Shown: positions 10,520 to 21,685, numbered from the stretch's first letter. The stretch is DNA of 64,000 nucleotides from an uncultured delta proteobacterium (GCA_963696385.1 CAVOKF010000008.1:512001-576000), one strand, 5' to 3'. Translations and numbers: made by a program. Notes: a model not told the origin generated them from the letters alone.

Positions 10520-11526
10520 CATGGCGGCGCCGGTCGACGGCAGCCCTCGGATCTTCGCGCCGAGGGGTCGGGCGAGCCCTCGTCGTCGTTGGCGCGACCG
10601 CGGGGCTCGTCGGGTCGGCGCCGCAGGCCGGGGCCCACAAGCCGACCCGGGCCGAAGCCTACTGGCAGGGCCTGAGCCCGCCCGCACAAGAGGCACGCGC
10701 AACCGGCGTGCAAGTCCTTCGCGCCGCGCCGTCCGGTCGGGTCCGGATACCCGGCGGCACGTTCACGATGGGGTCGACGACGGCGGCGATGGTGGAGGCG
10801 TTGGAGCTTTGCCAAAGAGAAGTGAAAGGGGCCCAGTGCCATGACGCCGACGTCGTCGCAATCGTGCGAGCGGAAGGGCTTGCTCATTCCGTGACAATTT
10901 CCTCGTTTGATCTCGATCGCACGGAGGTGACGGTGGCGGACTACATGCGGTGCGCCTCCGCCGGCCCTTGCACGGCGCCCGACTGGTCCGCGGCGGACGC
11001 CCGATTCGCTCGACCGGACTTTCCCATCACCCACGTGCGCTGGGACGACGCGGTGACCTTTTGCCGGTGGGCGGGGGGCCGTCTTCCCACGGAAGCGGAG
11101 TGGGAATATGCAGCGCGGGGGCCCGAAGGGCGGCCGTTCCCGTGGGGCCACTTGTACAATCGCTACGTCGCCGACCACGGCGCGTGGGCCGAAGACCGCA
11201 CGGATGCGAGCGACGGATTCGCCGAACTCGCACCCGTCGGTTCGTTTCCCGACGGGGCGACACCCCAAGGGCTTCTCGACATGGCGGGCAACGCGGCCGA
11301 GTGGGTCGCGGACCTGCTGGAGCTCGATCCGGCTGGGCGTCCGGTCGGCTATCCGGCCGATCCCCAAGTCGATCCCCGGCCGAATTCGAGCGGCGGCGGC
11401 TTCCATGTCGTTCGCGGCGGATCGTTTCTGGACGCTCCCATGTGGCTTCGAGGAGCCGCCCGCGACGCGACAATCTCGCCCCGCCCGGCGTGGGTCGGGT
11501 TTCGATGCGCTGCGGACCTTTCGTGA
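10516..11526 (+). CDS. SUMF1/FGE-sulfatase (formylglycine-generating enzyme family) domain protein
   Basis: IPGGTFTMGS, DRTEVT, RLPTEAEWEYAARG, GLLDMAGNAAEWV, RGGSF, GFRCA. The TTG start at 10516 overlapping the pdhC stop is inferred. Confidence 0.88.
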   Translation: MTWRRRSTAALGSSRRGVGRALVVVGATAGLVGSAPQAGAHKPTRAEAYWQGLSPPAQEARATGVQVLRAAPSGRVRIPGGTFTMGSTTAAMVEALELCQREVKGAQCHDADVVAIVRAEGLAHSVTISSFDLDRTEVTVADYMRCASAGPCTAPDWSAADARFARPDFPITHVRWDDAVTFCRWAGGRLPTEAEWEYAARGPEGRPFPWGHLYNRYVADHGAWAEDRTDASDGFAELAPVGSFPDGATPQGLLDMAGNAAEWVADLLELDPAGRPVGYPADPQVDPRPNSSGGGFHVVRGGSFLDAPMWLRGAARDATISPRPAWVGFRCAADLS

Positions 11527-12438
11527 AGATCGCCCATTTCTCCGACCTTCACTTGCTCTCGCTCGCGGGAGTGCCCCGCCGGCGCTTTCTCAACAAGCGC
11601 ATGACCGGCTGGGCCAACTTGCGCTTCAAGCGCAGCGCCATTCATCGCGCCAGTTACGTCCGCGCCATCGCGCGCGACATCCGGGCGGCCGGCTTCGATC
11701 ATGTCGTCATCACGGGCGATTTGACCAATCTCGCGCTCGAGTCGGAGTTCGACCTGGTTCGCGATCTGCTCGAACGCGAGCTCGGTGTCGACCCAGCCCA
11801 GGTGAGCCTCGTTCCCGGCAACCACGACCTCTACACGCGCGGATCGCTCGTGACTCGCCGCTTCGAACGGTACCTCGGGCCTTGGCTCGCGAGCGATCTG
11901 CCGAGCCTGTCGGCCGACGTCGCGGGCGCTCGCTTCCCGGTCGTCAAGAATCCGGGCCGGGGTGGCCATCATCGCCCTCTCGAGCGCCGTCCCGCGCCCC
12001 CCGTTCGTCGCGGCCGGCGAAGTCGGCGGCGACCAGCTGCAAGCGCTCGCACGCATTCTCGCCCACCCCAAGGTCGCCGGGCGGGCCGTGGTCCTTGCCG
12101 TGCACCATCCGGTCGTCGAGCCCGCATCCAGCCTGCACCATTACATCGAAGGGCTGCGCGATGCGCCCGCTCTGCTCGCGTTGCTTCGAACGCTGCCTCG
12201 CGGACTCGTCGTGCACGGTCACCTGCATCGCCGGGTGCAGCGCGCCATCACGACCTCGACCGGTGTTCTCGACCACGTGGGCGCGACGAGCGCGTCGCTC
12301 CATCATGATTCGCCTGACCGCATGGCCGGCTACAACGTGTACGATTTGGGCGAGGGCGCGACCGCGAAGATCGACGCGAGGGTTTACGACCCCGGCACCG
12401 ATTCGTTTCGCATCCACGTCGTTCCCCAGCACGCGTAA
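11523..12438 (+). pseudogene. Calcineurin-like metallophosphoesterase split by a +1 frameshift at about 11949 (probably intact in vivo)
   Basis: First frame has SDLH, TGDLT, PGNHD; second frame (ORF 11962..12438) has VHHP and HGHLH. Removing one A from AAGAATCC joins them into 304 aa. Confidence 0.85.
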
Positions 12439-12538
12439 GAGCCCCATCGCCCTAGGGCGAACGATTGCAAAGCGAGCTCCGAAGGGCAATCCGGCTCCCG
12501 CGACCGCCCCCCAATCGCGCGACCGCGGTTGGCGCCCT

Positions 12539-12760
12539 TCAGGCCGTGGCGCTCGCGCCGCTCGGCCGAAGAACGTTGACGGCCTGCAGTCCTTTAGGGC
12601 CTTCCTTGATGTCGAACTCCACGACTTCGTCTTCGTAGAGACGACGCCGGCCCTCCCCTTGAATCTGCGAGTAGTGCACGAATACGTCGGGACCCGCGTC
12701 TTGCTTGATGAAGCCCCAACCCTTCTCGTCGTTAAACCACTTGACCCGTCCCAATGCCAT
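12539..12760 (-). CDS. Cold-shock protein (CspA family)
   Basis: GRVKWFNDEKGWGFI, DVFVHYSQI, GPKGLQAVNV. Confidence 0.96.
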   Translation of the reverse strand: MALGRVKWFNDEKGWGFIKQDAGPDVFVHYSQIQGEGRRRLYEDEVVEFDIKEGPKGLQAVNVLRPSGASATA

Positions 12761-13051
12761 CGGAATGCCTCCACTGCAAACTTGCCAGTACACACCGCAA
12801 CGCCGCGTACGGGCCTCGTGGCCACTCTCGCGGACGGCGCGTCATGGCCATTGACGCGCGCTCGACCTGCAGACTGCACGAATCGTCGACACCGACATAG
12901 CTCCCACCGACAGCGCAGTACGCTAGGGGATTGCGTTCTCGGAGGTCAAGCGCGGATGCATTGGCCGCCACAGACGATTGACAGCAGCGGGCAATCGGGA
13001 TCCAGCGTATCCCGCGTTACGCGCGCACTCGATCGTGCGGAGTGCGGGGAG

Positions 13052-14317
13052 CTACCGCCGAAGCTTGTCGCGCGCTTCGAGGGCGTCGAGCTCTTGCAGG
13101 TTGGCCTTGATGCGCGGGTCGTCGGGCGAAAGGACACCGGCCCGATCGAAGGCCGCGCGGGCCTGTCCACGGGTATGGGCATCACGCGCCAACACCGTAC
13201 CCAAGTTGATCCACGCCCCCACCAGGTTCGAGTCGAGGCGCAGCGCTTGCCGGTATTCGGAAATGGCCCGATCGACGTGTCCGGACTGCTGCAGCGCGAA
13301 ACCGAGGTTCGAGTGGAACGCGGCACGAGCGGGATCGATCTGGACGGCGCGTTCGAGTTCGGCGATGGCGCGCTTCAGATCCTGAGTCCCCAAAAGCGCC
13401 GTGCCGAGATCCGAGTGCGCCCGAGCGTCGCCGTCGTCCATGCGCACCCGCGCTTCGTACTCGCCAATCGCCTCTTGCGTGCGTCCGGCCATCAGCAGCG
13501 CCGTTCCGAGGTTGCCGCGCCGGGCACTGCTCTCTGGATCGAGAGCGACGGCACGGGTGAGCTCCTTCACCGAATCGTCCGAACGCCCGACGGCGAGATA
13601 GGCGATACCCAACTGGGAGTGGGCCTCGGCGACGCCGTCGAGCAGGCGCGTGCCCGTGTCCAACGCCTCGATGGCCCGGGGAGCCTCGCCGAGCAGAAGA
13701 AGCGCCCGTCCGAGCTCGACCGACGCCGGCCCGAACGCGGGCGCCGCCTTCACCGTCCGGGCCAGCTCGGCCGCAGCGGCCATCACCACCGCATTGCCCT
13801 TGGCGACGCCGTAATCGAGCGGCAAGTCGAGCCGCGCAATCCGCACGCGCGCGAGTCCGACCGAAGCCCCCGGACTCCGGGGCGCGACGGCACGGGCGGA
13901 CCGGTAGTGTTTCTCGGCTTCGGGAAAGTCGCCCCGCTCGAACGCGTCGTCGCCCAGAGAAAGCTCGCGATCGTCGACGGCACCGGAATCCGATGCGAGC
14001 CGGACCGTCGGAGAGAGGGGGGTCGGGGTCGAGGTCGCGGTCGAGGTCGCGCTCGGGGTCGAGGTCGAGGTCGAGGTCGAGGTCGAGGTCGAGGTCGGGG
14101 TCGGGGTCGGGGTCGAGGTCGGGGTCGCGCTCGGGGTCGAGGTCGGGGTCGAGGTCGAGGTCGCGATCGAGGTCGCGCTCGGGGTCGAGGTCGAGGTCGC
14201 GGTCGGGGTCGAGGTCGGGGTCGAGGTCGAGGTCGCGCTCGCGGTCGACGGCGGCAGGGCGTTCGTTGCGCTGCACCCGACGACGAACATCAGCGCGACG
14301 CCTTCACGGATTCTCAT
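13052..14317 (-). CDS. TPR lipoprotein with S/T/P-rich linker
   Basis: Lipobox VVGC, long ST/PT linker, multiple TPRs (AHSQLGIAY, RGNLGTAL, FHSNLGFAL, WINLGTVL). Confidence 0.88.
   Translation of the reverse strand: MRIREGVALMFVVGCSATNALPPSTASATSTSTPTSTPTATSTSTPSATSIATSTSTPTSTPSATPTSTPTPTPTSTSTSTSTSTSTPSATSTATSTPTPLSPTVRLASDSGAVDDRELSLGDDAFERGDFPEAEKHYRSARAVAPRSPGASVGLARVRIARLDLPLDYGVAKGNAVVMAAAAELARTVKAAPAFGPASVELGRALLLLGEAPRAIEALDTGTRLLDGVAEAHSQLGIAYLAVGRSDDSVKELTRAVALDPESSARRGNLGTALLMAGRTQEAIGEYEARVRMDDGDARAHSDLGTALLGTQDLKRAIAELERAVQIDPARAAFHSNLGFALQQSGHVDRAISEYRQALRLDSNLVGAWINLGTVLARDAHTRGQARAAFDRAGVLSPDDPRIKANLQELDALEARDKLRR
14017..14248. repeat. Hexamer repeat (GAGGTC/GGGGTC/GCGGTC) encoding the ST/PT/AT linker on the minus strand
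   Basis: Period-6 repeat directly visible. Confidence 0.95.
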
Positions 14318-14720
14318 GTCTTTTCACCACGGCCCAGGCGTGAGCGATAACGTCGCGCGCCGCCTCGAGGACGAAGGCCTGCGTTCGCGGGGTCCGCAAG
14401 ACGACGACATCCGACGAGGGCGGCTTGGCCTCGAGCACTTGCTTGCAGGCTTGCCGCACGCGCTCCGGAACGTTCGGGTCAATCGACAAGGCTTCGATGT
14501 GCTCGACGTAGGTGCGTCCCAAGGGCTGCTCTGGTTCCACAATCAATACGGCGTTCAACGCCATGCCCGCCGCCCGCTTGACGCCGGTGAAGCCCGCGCG
14601 ACCGTCGCCGCCCGTCAGCGCCTTCTCGGCGCGAGCGAGCTCGCCCAACGCGGCGCGGATCCATTCGTCCGGAAGCAGCCGGTGCAGCCAGTGACCCGGG
14701 TCGCGCGAGAACTCACCCAT
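14304..14720 (-). CDS. Hypothetical protein, possible HEPN-like helical fold
   Basis: EWIRAALGELARAEKAL...KRAAGMALNAVL pattern; lies 19 nt after spoVR and overlaps the TPR gene start. Confidence 0.65.
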   Translation of the reverse strand: MGEFSRDPGHWLHRLLPDEWIRAALGELARAEKALTGGDGRAGFTGVKRAAGMALNAVLIVEPEQPLGRTYVEHIEALSIDPNVPERVRQACKQVLEAKPPSSDVVVLRTPRTQAFVLEAARDVIAHAWAVVKRHENP

Positions 14721-14739
14721 CGGCGCGGACCCCCAACCG

Positions 14740-16302
14740 CTAGGTTCGAAGCGTCCGGGTCGTCTGCTCCTTGCCGTCGTAGCGCAGCGTCACCGGCTTT
14801 CCCTCGGCCACCGTCGTCACGTTGACGGGCCGCTTCCAGATTCGAAGCACGCTGCGCATCACTTCCTTGGCGTAATCCTGCCGCAGATCGAGCCCTTGAT
14901 GGTCGTGGCGGAGCAAGAGCTCACCGCGATTGTCGAAGTTTGCCTCTTCGACGTAGATGAACGGATTGCCCCCGTTGGTCAGCTGAAAGAGCAGCTTCTC
15001 TTTGACGGTCTTGAACTCGCGCGACTCAATCTCGTAACGCTCGTTGCGGTTGGACCACGAGAAGCTGAAGAGCTTGTGTTCGCGCACGAAATCCGGCGTC
15101 AAAAACTCGTCGATGAACGTGACGTCGTTGTAGAGCGCACGGACCTCGCGAATCTTCTTTTTGCCCAGGCCGAGCCGCAGGTTCCAGTTTTTCTTGGCGT
15201 CCAGATCGTCGCAGTCTTCCCATTCCTTGCCGAACTGTCCGCGATCCCACCGCTCCTCGATGTGCCGAAACAGCTCGACGCCGAGCTTGTACGGGTTCAA
15301 GCGACCCCCCGACGTCGCCAACACGCCGGCCGCGTGGTCGGCGTAGTCGATGATCTCGCTCGCATCGAGGATGTGCTCGGTCATGAGCTTGGAGTGCCAA
15401 TACGTGGCCCATCCCTCGTTCATGATCTTGGTCTGCCACTGGGGCGCGAAGTAGCAGGCCTCTTCGCGAACGATTTCGAGAACGTCGTGCTCCCACCGCT
15501 CGAGGGGCGCGTGCTCGAGAAAAAACAAGAGGACGTCGCGCTCGGAGTGACGAGGAAACTTGGTCGATTTCTCGCGCTCGGCCTCCATCTTTTTCTTTTG
15601 TCGTTCGAGGTACTCGGCCGGGTTGATGAACGACTCCATGTACTCCTTCGCTCGCAAGCGCGGGACCTCCGTGGCCTTGGGCTCCTCGTCCTCGGCCGGG
15701 GGCTTCGGCCGCCGGCCGGTGTAGGCGGCGTGCAAGTCGATGAGGTTCTCGAGACTCAGACAATGGTCGACGAACTCTTCGACCTTGTTGATGCCTTGAC
15801 GCGCCACGATGCGACGCATGCGCGAACCGTGGTTGGCCATTTTGTCGATCCAGCGCCGGTTCGGATCGTAGTCGCGCGGGCGCTTGACGGGATGGACCGT
15901 GCGCCCGCCCGTGTCCAAATCCGTCTGTCGGAAGCAGTAGTTGTTCTTGAAGAAGTCGACGTGAGCGTACACGTGCGCCATCACGAGCTTCTGATCGACC
16001 AGCGAATTTCCCTCGAGAAGGTACCCGTACGACGGGTTGTTGTTGATCACCATCTCGTAGATCTTGGACAGGCCGTACTCGTAGCTCTTGGCGAGCCGCT
16101 CGTACTCCATACCGAATCGCCAGTGCGGGTACCGGTTCGGAAAGCCACCGTACGCGGCAATCTCGTTCATTTGATCGTAGGTGAGGATCTCGAAGACCGT
16201 CGGAAAGAAGTCGAGTCCGGCGTCCGCCGCGAACTTCTCGATCCGGTTCTGCTCTTCGCGCAAGTAGGTCGGCAGCGAGGTCTTCAGCGCGAACTCGCTC
16301 AT
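14740..16302 (-). CDS. spoVR: SpoVR/YcgB family protein
   Basis: [58 protein letters not shown]. Confidence 0.96.
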   Translation of the reverse strand: MSEFALKTSLPTYLREEQNRIEKFAADAGLDFFPTVFEILTYDQMNEIAAYGGFPNRYPHWRFGMEYERLAKSYEYGLSKIYEMVINNNPSYGYLLEGNSLVDQKLVMAHVYAHVDFFKNNYCFRQTDLDTGGRTVHPVKRPRDYDPNRRWIDKMANHGSRMRRIVARQGINKVEEFVDHCLSLENLIDLHAAYTGRRPKPPAEDEEPKATEVPRLRAKEYMESFINPAEYLERQKKKMEAEREKSTKFPRHSERDVLLFFLEHAPLERWEHDVLEIVREEACYFAPQWQTKIMNEGWATYWHSKLMTEHILDASEIIDYADHAAGVLATSGGRLNPYKLGVELFRHIEERWDRGQFGKEWEDCDDLDAKKNWNLRLGLGKKKIREVRALYNDVTFIDEFLTPDFVREHKLFSFSWSNRNERYEIESREFKTVKEKLLFQLTNGGNPFIYVEEANFDNRGELLLRHDHQGLDLRQDYAKEVMRSVLRIWKRPVNVTTVAEGKPVTLRYDGKEQTTRTLRT

Positions 16303-16306
16303 GACG

Positions 16307-17419
16307 TCAATTCCCCTTGCCCAAGAATTCTTTAATCGACGCCACGATGGCGTCCTTGTCGCGGATCTCGCTCGTCACGACGCGCGGGTCCTTGCCGAAG
16401 TGCTCGCGCAGATCCTTGACGAACTGCCCAGACCCGTACGGACTCTCCACCTGTCCGTAGGCGAACATGTTGACCCGCGGCAAGAGCTTGCTCTTCAGGA
16501 CTTCGACGCAAAGAAGGGTGTCGTCCATCGACCAGTTGTCGCCATCCGAGAAGTGGAAGGGATAGATGTTCCACTCCTCGGGGGGGTAATGGTCGTCGAC
16601 GACCTGAGCGCAGAGCTTGTACGCACTCGAGATCATCGTTCCGCCGCTCTCGCGCGTATGGAAGAACGTCTCGCGGTCGACCTCGCGGGCGACCGCGTCG
16701 TGAATGATGTAGCGGCTCTCGAGCCCCTTGTATTGCTTTTGCAGCCACGCATCGATCCAGAAGCTCTCGATGCGCACGATCTCCTTCTGCTCGTCGCCCA
16801 TCGATCCGGACACGTCCATCATGTAGATGATGACGGCGTTCGCGACCGGCTCGGCCTCCGTCTTCCAGCTGCGGTAACGCTTGTCGATGGGGATGGGGAC
16901 GACCATCGGATTGGCCGGCGCGTAGGTCCCCATGGCGATCTGCCGCTTGAGAGCTTCGCGGTAGGTGCGCTTGAAGTTGCGGAGCGACTCGGGACCGACC
17001 CGACGGATGCTCGTGTAGCGGTCCTTGGCATTGATGATCTTGCTCTTGCCCTTGTCGCGAATATCGGGAAGCGCGAGCTCCTCTCCGAGAATGGCCGCGA
17101 GCTCGTCGAGCGTCACGTCGACCTCGAGAACGTGATCGCCCGGGGCCGAGCCGGCCTGCTTGCCTTCGCCGGCTTGATCCCCGTCTTGGCCGCCCATGGG
17201 ATCTCCCGGATTTCCGTCGCCCTGCCCCGCGCCTCCGCGCGGGCGCTCGCCGAACGAAAAGTGGGGAATGTCGATTTGCGGAATCGGGATCGAGACGACG
17301 TCTTTGCCCTTGCGACCGACGAGCTCCCCCTGCGAGATGTACTTGCGCAGGTTTTGCCGAATCTTACCGCGGACAATCGCGCGGAAGCGGGAGTGGTCCT
17401 GGTCGATCTTCAGGGACAT
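16307..17419 (-). CDS. yeaH: DUF444 YeaH/YhbH family vWA protein
   Basis: [50 protein letters not shown]. Confidence 0.95.
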   Translation of the reverse strand: MSLKIDQDHSRFRAIVRGKIRQNLRKYISQGELVGRKGKDVVSIPIPQIDIPHFSFGERPRGGAGQGDGNPGDPMGGQDGDQAGEGKQAGSAPGDHVLEVDVTLDELAAILGEELALPDIRDKGKSKIINAKDRYTSIRRVGPESLRNFKRTYREALKRQIAMGTYAPANPMVVPIPIDKRYRSWKTEAEPVANAVIIYMMDVSGSMGDEQKEIVRIESFWIDAWLQKQYKGLESRYIIHDAVAREVDRETFFHTRESGGTMISSAYKLCAQVVDDHYPPEEWNIYPFHFSDGDNWSMDDTLLCVEVLKSKLLPRVNMFAYGQVESPYGSGQFVKDLREHFGKDPRVVTSEIRDKDAIVASIKEFLGKGN

Positions 17420-17511
17420 CGATCTTCAGTCTAGCGCCCTGCCACGGTCGGCGCCTCACGTTGACGGAGAGTCGGCGACCGCGACCCAAGCGACCGTGGC
17501 TCGGCTTCGCG

Positions 17512-19368
17512 TCACCTGGGGTCGGCGATGTCGGTCGGGATCGAACCGATCGGTCGGATCGGCCGTTCCAAAGCGATGCGCGCGATCCACACGCACACGA
17601 GCGCATGGGCCGCACCCCAGACGCCCGCCAGCATGGGCCCACCGACGAAGACCCCGTCGCCGGAGCCCAGGTTCGCCACCAAGAAGGCCGCCATGCCGAG
17701 AGCGATTCCTCCGATGAAAGGACGCAGCAGGCGGCTGCCGAAGCCGAGGGCCGTAAGGGCCAGGACCGGCAGCGCGCTCGCCAAGAGGAGCCATCGGTGG
17801 GCACCGACCCCGAAGACGACGATGTCCCACTCGCCGAGCGGGCGCGTGGCAAGATCGATCCAAAGACCCCCGAGGCTCGCGGTCGGGGCAAGACCCACGA
17901 GCGGCGCGAGCGGCAGCAGCCCGACCGCCCCGACCAGCGCGCCGACCGCGACGGCCGCGCTCCGGTCGATGCGCCCCCGACGCTGGCGAATGCGCCAGGC
18001 GACCAGCCACGCCACGGCCACGAGGGCCAGGATGCGGGCGGCGAAGTGGCCCCAGAACACGCGGGCCGCCGCCTTGCCGGCGTCGAGGATGCCCGCTCCG
18101 TAAAGCGCCGGATCGCCGTTGGCACGCGCGCTCGCGGCCAGCACCTCGGCCACTTTCGATGCCCGGGTGACGCCGAGCGATTCGATCAATGCGGCGACAC
18201 CGGCGACGTGGGGCGAGGCCATGCTGGTGCCGTTGAAGGTGCCGAAGATCTCGCACTTGTCGTGGCCCCCGTTGCAGATGGTCTGCTGGGTGATGGCAAC
18301 CCCCGGAGCCGCCAGGGCGATCTCCGGGCCGCGCGACGAGAACCGGGCGATCCGGTCCTCGTCGTCGGTCGCGCTGACCGCGATCACGCCGGGATAAGCC
18401 GCCGGCCAGCCCACCTTCTTGCCGCTGTTGCCGGCGGCGGCGACGACGACGACCCCCTTGGCGAGGGCGTGATCGACCGCGGCCGCGAGGATGCGACTCT
18501 TGATCGGGCCGCCGAGCGACAGGTTGATGACGCCCGCTCCCTCGTCGGCCGCAAAGCGGATCCCTTCGGCGACGTTCGCGACGGTCCCGAACCCCTGCTT
18601 GTTGAGCACTTTGACGGGCATGAGCGTCGCGCAAAACGCGAGGCCCGCCGCCCCGACGCCGTTGTTGGTGGTTTGTGCGATCGTCCCGGCGACGTGCGTG
18701 CCGTGCCCCTGGTCGTCGTACGCCTCCGGCGAATCGGCGACGAAGTTCCATCCGCCCTGGCAACGCGTCCCCGCCAGGTCGGTGCCGCGGGAAAACGGGC
18801 CTCGATCGAAGCACGCCACACCCGTGTCAACGACCGCAACGGTCGCGCCCCGGCCGCAGCCGTAGTTCCACGCGCGTTCGGCGCCGACCCGCTTGAGGTG
18901 CCATTGCTTGCTCGCGTAGAGCGGGTCGTCCGGAACGAACGTCGCATGGTACAGCGCCATGGGCTCGACGTGATCCACGCGCGAATCGCCCGCGAGCGAC
19001 GCGATCAGCGCCGCTTCGCGGCTCGGCTCGACGTCGGCGACCTCGATCTTGTCGTGCGTCGCGCTCCAGGCGCTGTTGGGGCGCATCGAAAGCCCATAGC
19101 GGCCGGCGATGTCGGCGATGTCGGCCGGACTCGCGTCGTCTTGCAAGTCGATCGCGATCTCTCCGGCCACCTCGTCCGCGGCCGCTTCGTCGGCGGCAAC
19201 GGCGGGGTCGGCAGCGCCCCCAAGGGCCTGGGGCGACGGGAGCGACGTCGATTCGACGTCGGCCGCGATCGCCTCCCCATTCTGTTCGTGCGCGACGCCG
19301 CTGCCCCCGCACGCGAGGCCGAACGACGCAAAGACCCCTACGACCAAGGCGACGAGCCGTGTGCGCAT
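17512..19368 (-). CDS. S8 subtilisin-like serine peptidase with lipoprotein signal and C-terminal multi-TM domain
   Basis: Catalytic triad VVDTG / HGTHVAGT / GTSMASPHVAG, oxyanion AAAGN, and several C-terminal hydrophobic helices. Confidence 0.93.
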   Translation of the reverse strand: MRTRLVALVVGVFASFGLACGGSGVAHEQNGEAIAADVESTSLPSPQALGGAADPAVAADEAAADEVAGEIAIDLQDDASPADIADIAGRYGLSMRPNSAWSATHDKIEVADVEPSREAALIASLAGDSRVDHVEPMALYHATFVPDDPLYASKQWHLKRVGAERAWNYGCGRGATVAVVDTGVACFDRGPFSRGTDLAGTRCQGGWNFVADSPEAYDDQGHGTHVAGTIAQTTNNGVGAAGLAFCATLMPVKVLNKQGFGTVANVAEGIRFAADEGAGVINLSLGGPIKSRILAAAVDHALAKGVVVVAAAGNSGKKVGWPAAYPGVIAVSATDDEDRIARFSSRGPEIALAAPGVAITQQTICNGGHDKCEIFGTFNGTSMASPHVAGVAALIESLGVTRASKVAEVLAASARANGDPALYGAGILDAGKAAARVFWGHFAARILALVAVAWLVAWRIRQRRGRIDRSAAVAVGALVGAVGLLPLAPLVGLAPTASLGGLWIDLATRPLGEWDIVVFGVGAHRWLLLASALPVLALTALGFGSRLLRPFIGGIALGMAAFLVANLGSGDGVFVGGPMLAGVWGAAHALVCVWIARIALERPIRPIGSIPTDIADPR

Positions 19369-19513
19369 GGACTCACCGTACGTCGTGAAGGCCGGTCGCG
19401 CCCGTCGCGCCGCTCGCGCGGGAGCGGAGGCCGGGGGCGGCCGACCTGGGCAGCGGTCGCGCCCCGTACCGTCGGTGGGGCGGGGCCGGGCCCGCCCCGC
19501 GCCGCACGGCGTC

Positions 19514-21685
19514 CTACGGGTTGAAGGGGGGCGCGACCGACACGGGGGGCGGCACGTACGACGGGACCATGGCACTCGTCATCACGACGAGACTGCCGGC
19601 GTCGAGATCGATGGGGCGACCTGCCAGCACGCTGCCGTCGACTCGGGGGCGCTCCCGGGTATCGATCGCGATGCGCCAGGCGTCGCCGAGTTCGGCGGGC
19701 GGAAGGACGAACGTGAGAGGGCTGCGTCCACCGTTCATCAGCACGAGAAACGAAGCGTCGTGGAGCGCGTTGCCGTGCCCGTCGGAGAGCGCGTCGCCGT
19801 CCAGGCGAAAGGCGAGCGCCGCATGTTTGGGATCGTGCCAATCGGCCCGCGTCATTTCGACCCCATCGGGTGTCAGCCACTCGATGTCCTTGGCTCGACT
19901 GTTGCCGATGCGCACGCCGCGAAGAAAACCCAGGCGATGGAAGACCGGATGCCGCTTTCGGAACGACGCCAGAGCCCGGGCCACCTCCAGCATGGCGACG
20001 CCCTCCTCGCCGATGCGCCAGTCCACCCACGAGATCTCGGAGTCCTGGCAGTACGGGTTGTTGTTGCCGCGCTGGGTGCGCCACAGTTCATCGCCCATCT
20101 CGAGCATCGGGACTCCGTGCGAGACAAACAGCGTCGCCAGGACGCTTCGTGCGAGCGTGCGCCGGCGCGCCAGCACCCGCGGGTCGGTCGTTTCGCCCTC
20201 GACCCCGCAGTTCTGGCTGGCGTTGTCGTCGAGCCCGTCTCGGTTGTTCTCTCCGTTGAGCTCGTTGTGCTTTCGCTCGTAGCTCACGAGATCGCGCAGC
20301 ACGAAGCCGTCGTGGGCCGTCACGAAGTTGATGCTGGCGTGGGGTCCTCTTCCGTTGTCGCCGAACAGGTCGCTCGAGCCGGTCAGTCGATAGGCGAGAT
20401 CCGCCACCACGGCGCGCTCGCCACACCAGAATCGGCGCACGGTGTCTCGGAAGCGACCGTTCCACTCGCACCACAAGATCGGAAAGCTCCCGACCTGATA
20501 GCCCCCCACTCCGAGGTCCCACGGCTCGGCGATGAGCTTGATTCGCGACAGGATGGGGTCCTGGTGGATCACGGCAAAAAAGCCGCCCACCCGGTCGATG
20601 TCCCCGTCGTTGCCGCGCGCCAGGGCGGGAGCCAAATCGAATCGGAAGCCGTCGACGTGCATCTCCGTCACCCAGTACCGGAGGCTGTCGGTGACGAGCT
20701 TGAGGACCTGGGGATGGGTGGCGTCGAGGGTATTGCCGCAGCCGCTGTAGTCGACGTACTCGCGCCGATCTCCCGGGTCGAGCCGGTAGTACACGCGGTT
20801 GTCGATCCCCCGAAAGCTGATCGTGGGGCCGAGCGCCCCGCCTTCGCACGTATGGTTGTAAACGACGTCGATGACCACCTCGAGGCCGCGCGCGTGCAGG
20901 CGCTTGACCATCTCCTTGAACTCCCGGGTGGCGTCGCCGTGCGCCGTCGCGAAACGGCGATCGGGCGCGAAGTACGACAGGGTGTTGTAGCCCCAGTAGT
21001 TGGACAGGCCTCTCTTGGTGAGCTCGGGTTCGTCCACATGCTCGTGAACGGGCATCAACTCGACGGTGGTGATTCCGAGCGACTCGAAATGGGCGATGGC
21101 GGCATCGGAGGCGAGCCCGAGAAACGTTCCGCGCAGATCGGCGGGCACCGAGGGGTGATTCTTCGTGAAGCTTTTGACGTGCAGTTCGTACAAGACGGTG
21201 TCTTGCCACGGGGTGCGCGGCGAACGGTCTCCCGCCCAGTCGAACGCGCTGTCGACCACGACGGCCTTGGGTTTGCCGGCCGCGTCGTCGCGCTCGTCAA
21301 AGACGACGTCGGTCATCCCGCGATCGCGCGGGTAGCCGTAGACCGGGGCATCGACGTCGAGCGTACCGTGCAACGCACGGGCGTAGGGATCGACCAAAAG
21401 CTTATTGGCGTTGAACCGATGACCCTCGGCCGGAGCGAACGGACCGTGCACGCGCCATCCGTAGCGTTGGCCCGGTCCGAGGCCAGGGATGTAGGCGTGC
21501 CACACGTAAAGCGAGTGCCAGGGCACCAGGATGCGCGTCTCGCAATCCGAATCGTCGAACAGACAGAGCTCGACGGCCGTCGCGTGCTGGGTGAAAAGAG
21601 CAAAATTGACGCCACGCCCGTCCCAGCACGCGCCCAAGGGATGGAACGTGCCGGGCTCGAGCCGTTCGATGCGGATGGCGGTCAT
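19514..21685 (-). CDS. glgX: Glycogen debranching enzyme (GH13)
   Basis: PLGACWDGRGVNFA, LLVDPYA, NYWGYNT, DVVYNHT, VDGFRFDLA, IAEPWD, FVTAHDGF, GNNNPYCQD. Confidence 0.97.
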   Translation of the reverse strand: MTAIRIERLEPGTFHPLGACWDGRGVNFALFTQHATAVELCLFDDSDCETRILVPWHSLYVWHAYIPGLGPGQRYGWRVHGPFAPAEGHRFNANKLLVDPYARALHGTLDVDAPVYGYPRDRGMTDVVFDERDDAAGKPKAVVVDSAFDWAGDRSPRTPWQDTVLYELHVKSFTKNHPSVPADLRGTFLGLASDAAIAHFESLGITTVELMPVHEHVDEPELTKRGLSNYWGYNTLSYFAPDRRFATAHGDATREFKEMVKRLHARGLEVVIDVVYNHTCEGGALGPTISFRGIDNRVYYRLDPGDRREYVDYSGCGNTLDATHPQVLKLVTDSLRYWVTEMHVDGFRFDLAPALARGNDGDIDRVGGFFAVIHQDPILSRIKLIAEPWDLGVGGYQVGSFPILWCEWNGRFRDTVRRFWCGERAVVADLAYRLTGSSDLFGDNGRGPHASINFVTAHDGFVLRDLVSYERKHNELNGENNRDGLDDNASQNCGVEGETTDPRVLARRRTLARSVLATLFVSHGVPMLEMGDELWRTQRGNNNPYCQDSEISWVDWRIGEEGVAMLEVARALASFRKRHPVFHRLGFLRGVRIGNSRAKDIEWLTPDGVEMTRADWHDPKHAALAFRLDGDALSDGHGNALHDASFLVLMNGGRSPLTFVLPPAELGDAWRIAIDTRERPRVDGSVLAGRPIDLDAGSLVVMTSAMVPSYVPPPVSVAPPFNP

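Noticed and set aside
7892..10702. Long antisense ORFs (936 aa here; also 11108..14350, 19109..21793, 52616..54673)
   Set aside because: These are shadow ORFs expected in high-GC DNA opposite well-supported genes, and they contain no recognisable motifs.
13182..14343. ORFs with DLDPD, RSRSGS or GRGRG repeats
   Set aside because: These are alternative-frame readings of the hexamer array. Only the S/T/P frame is continuous with a signal peptide and TPRs.
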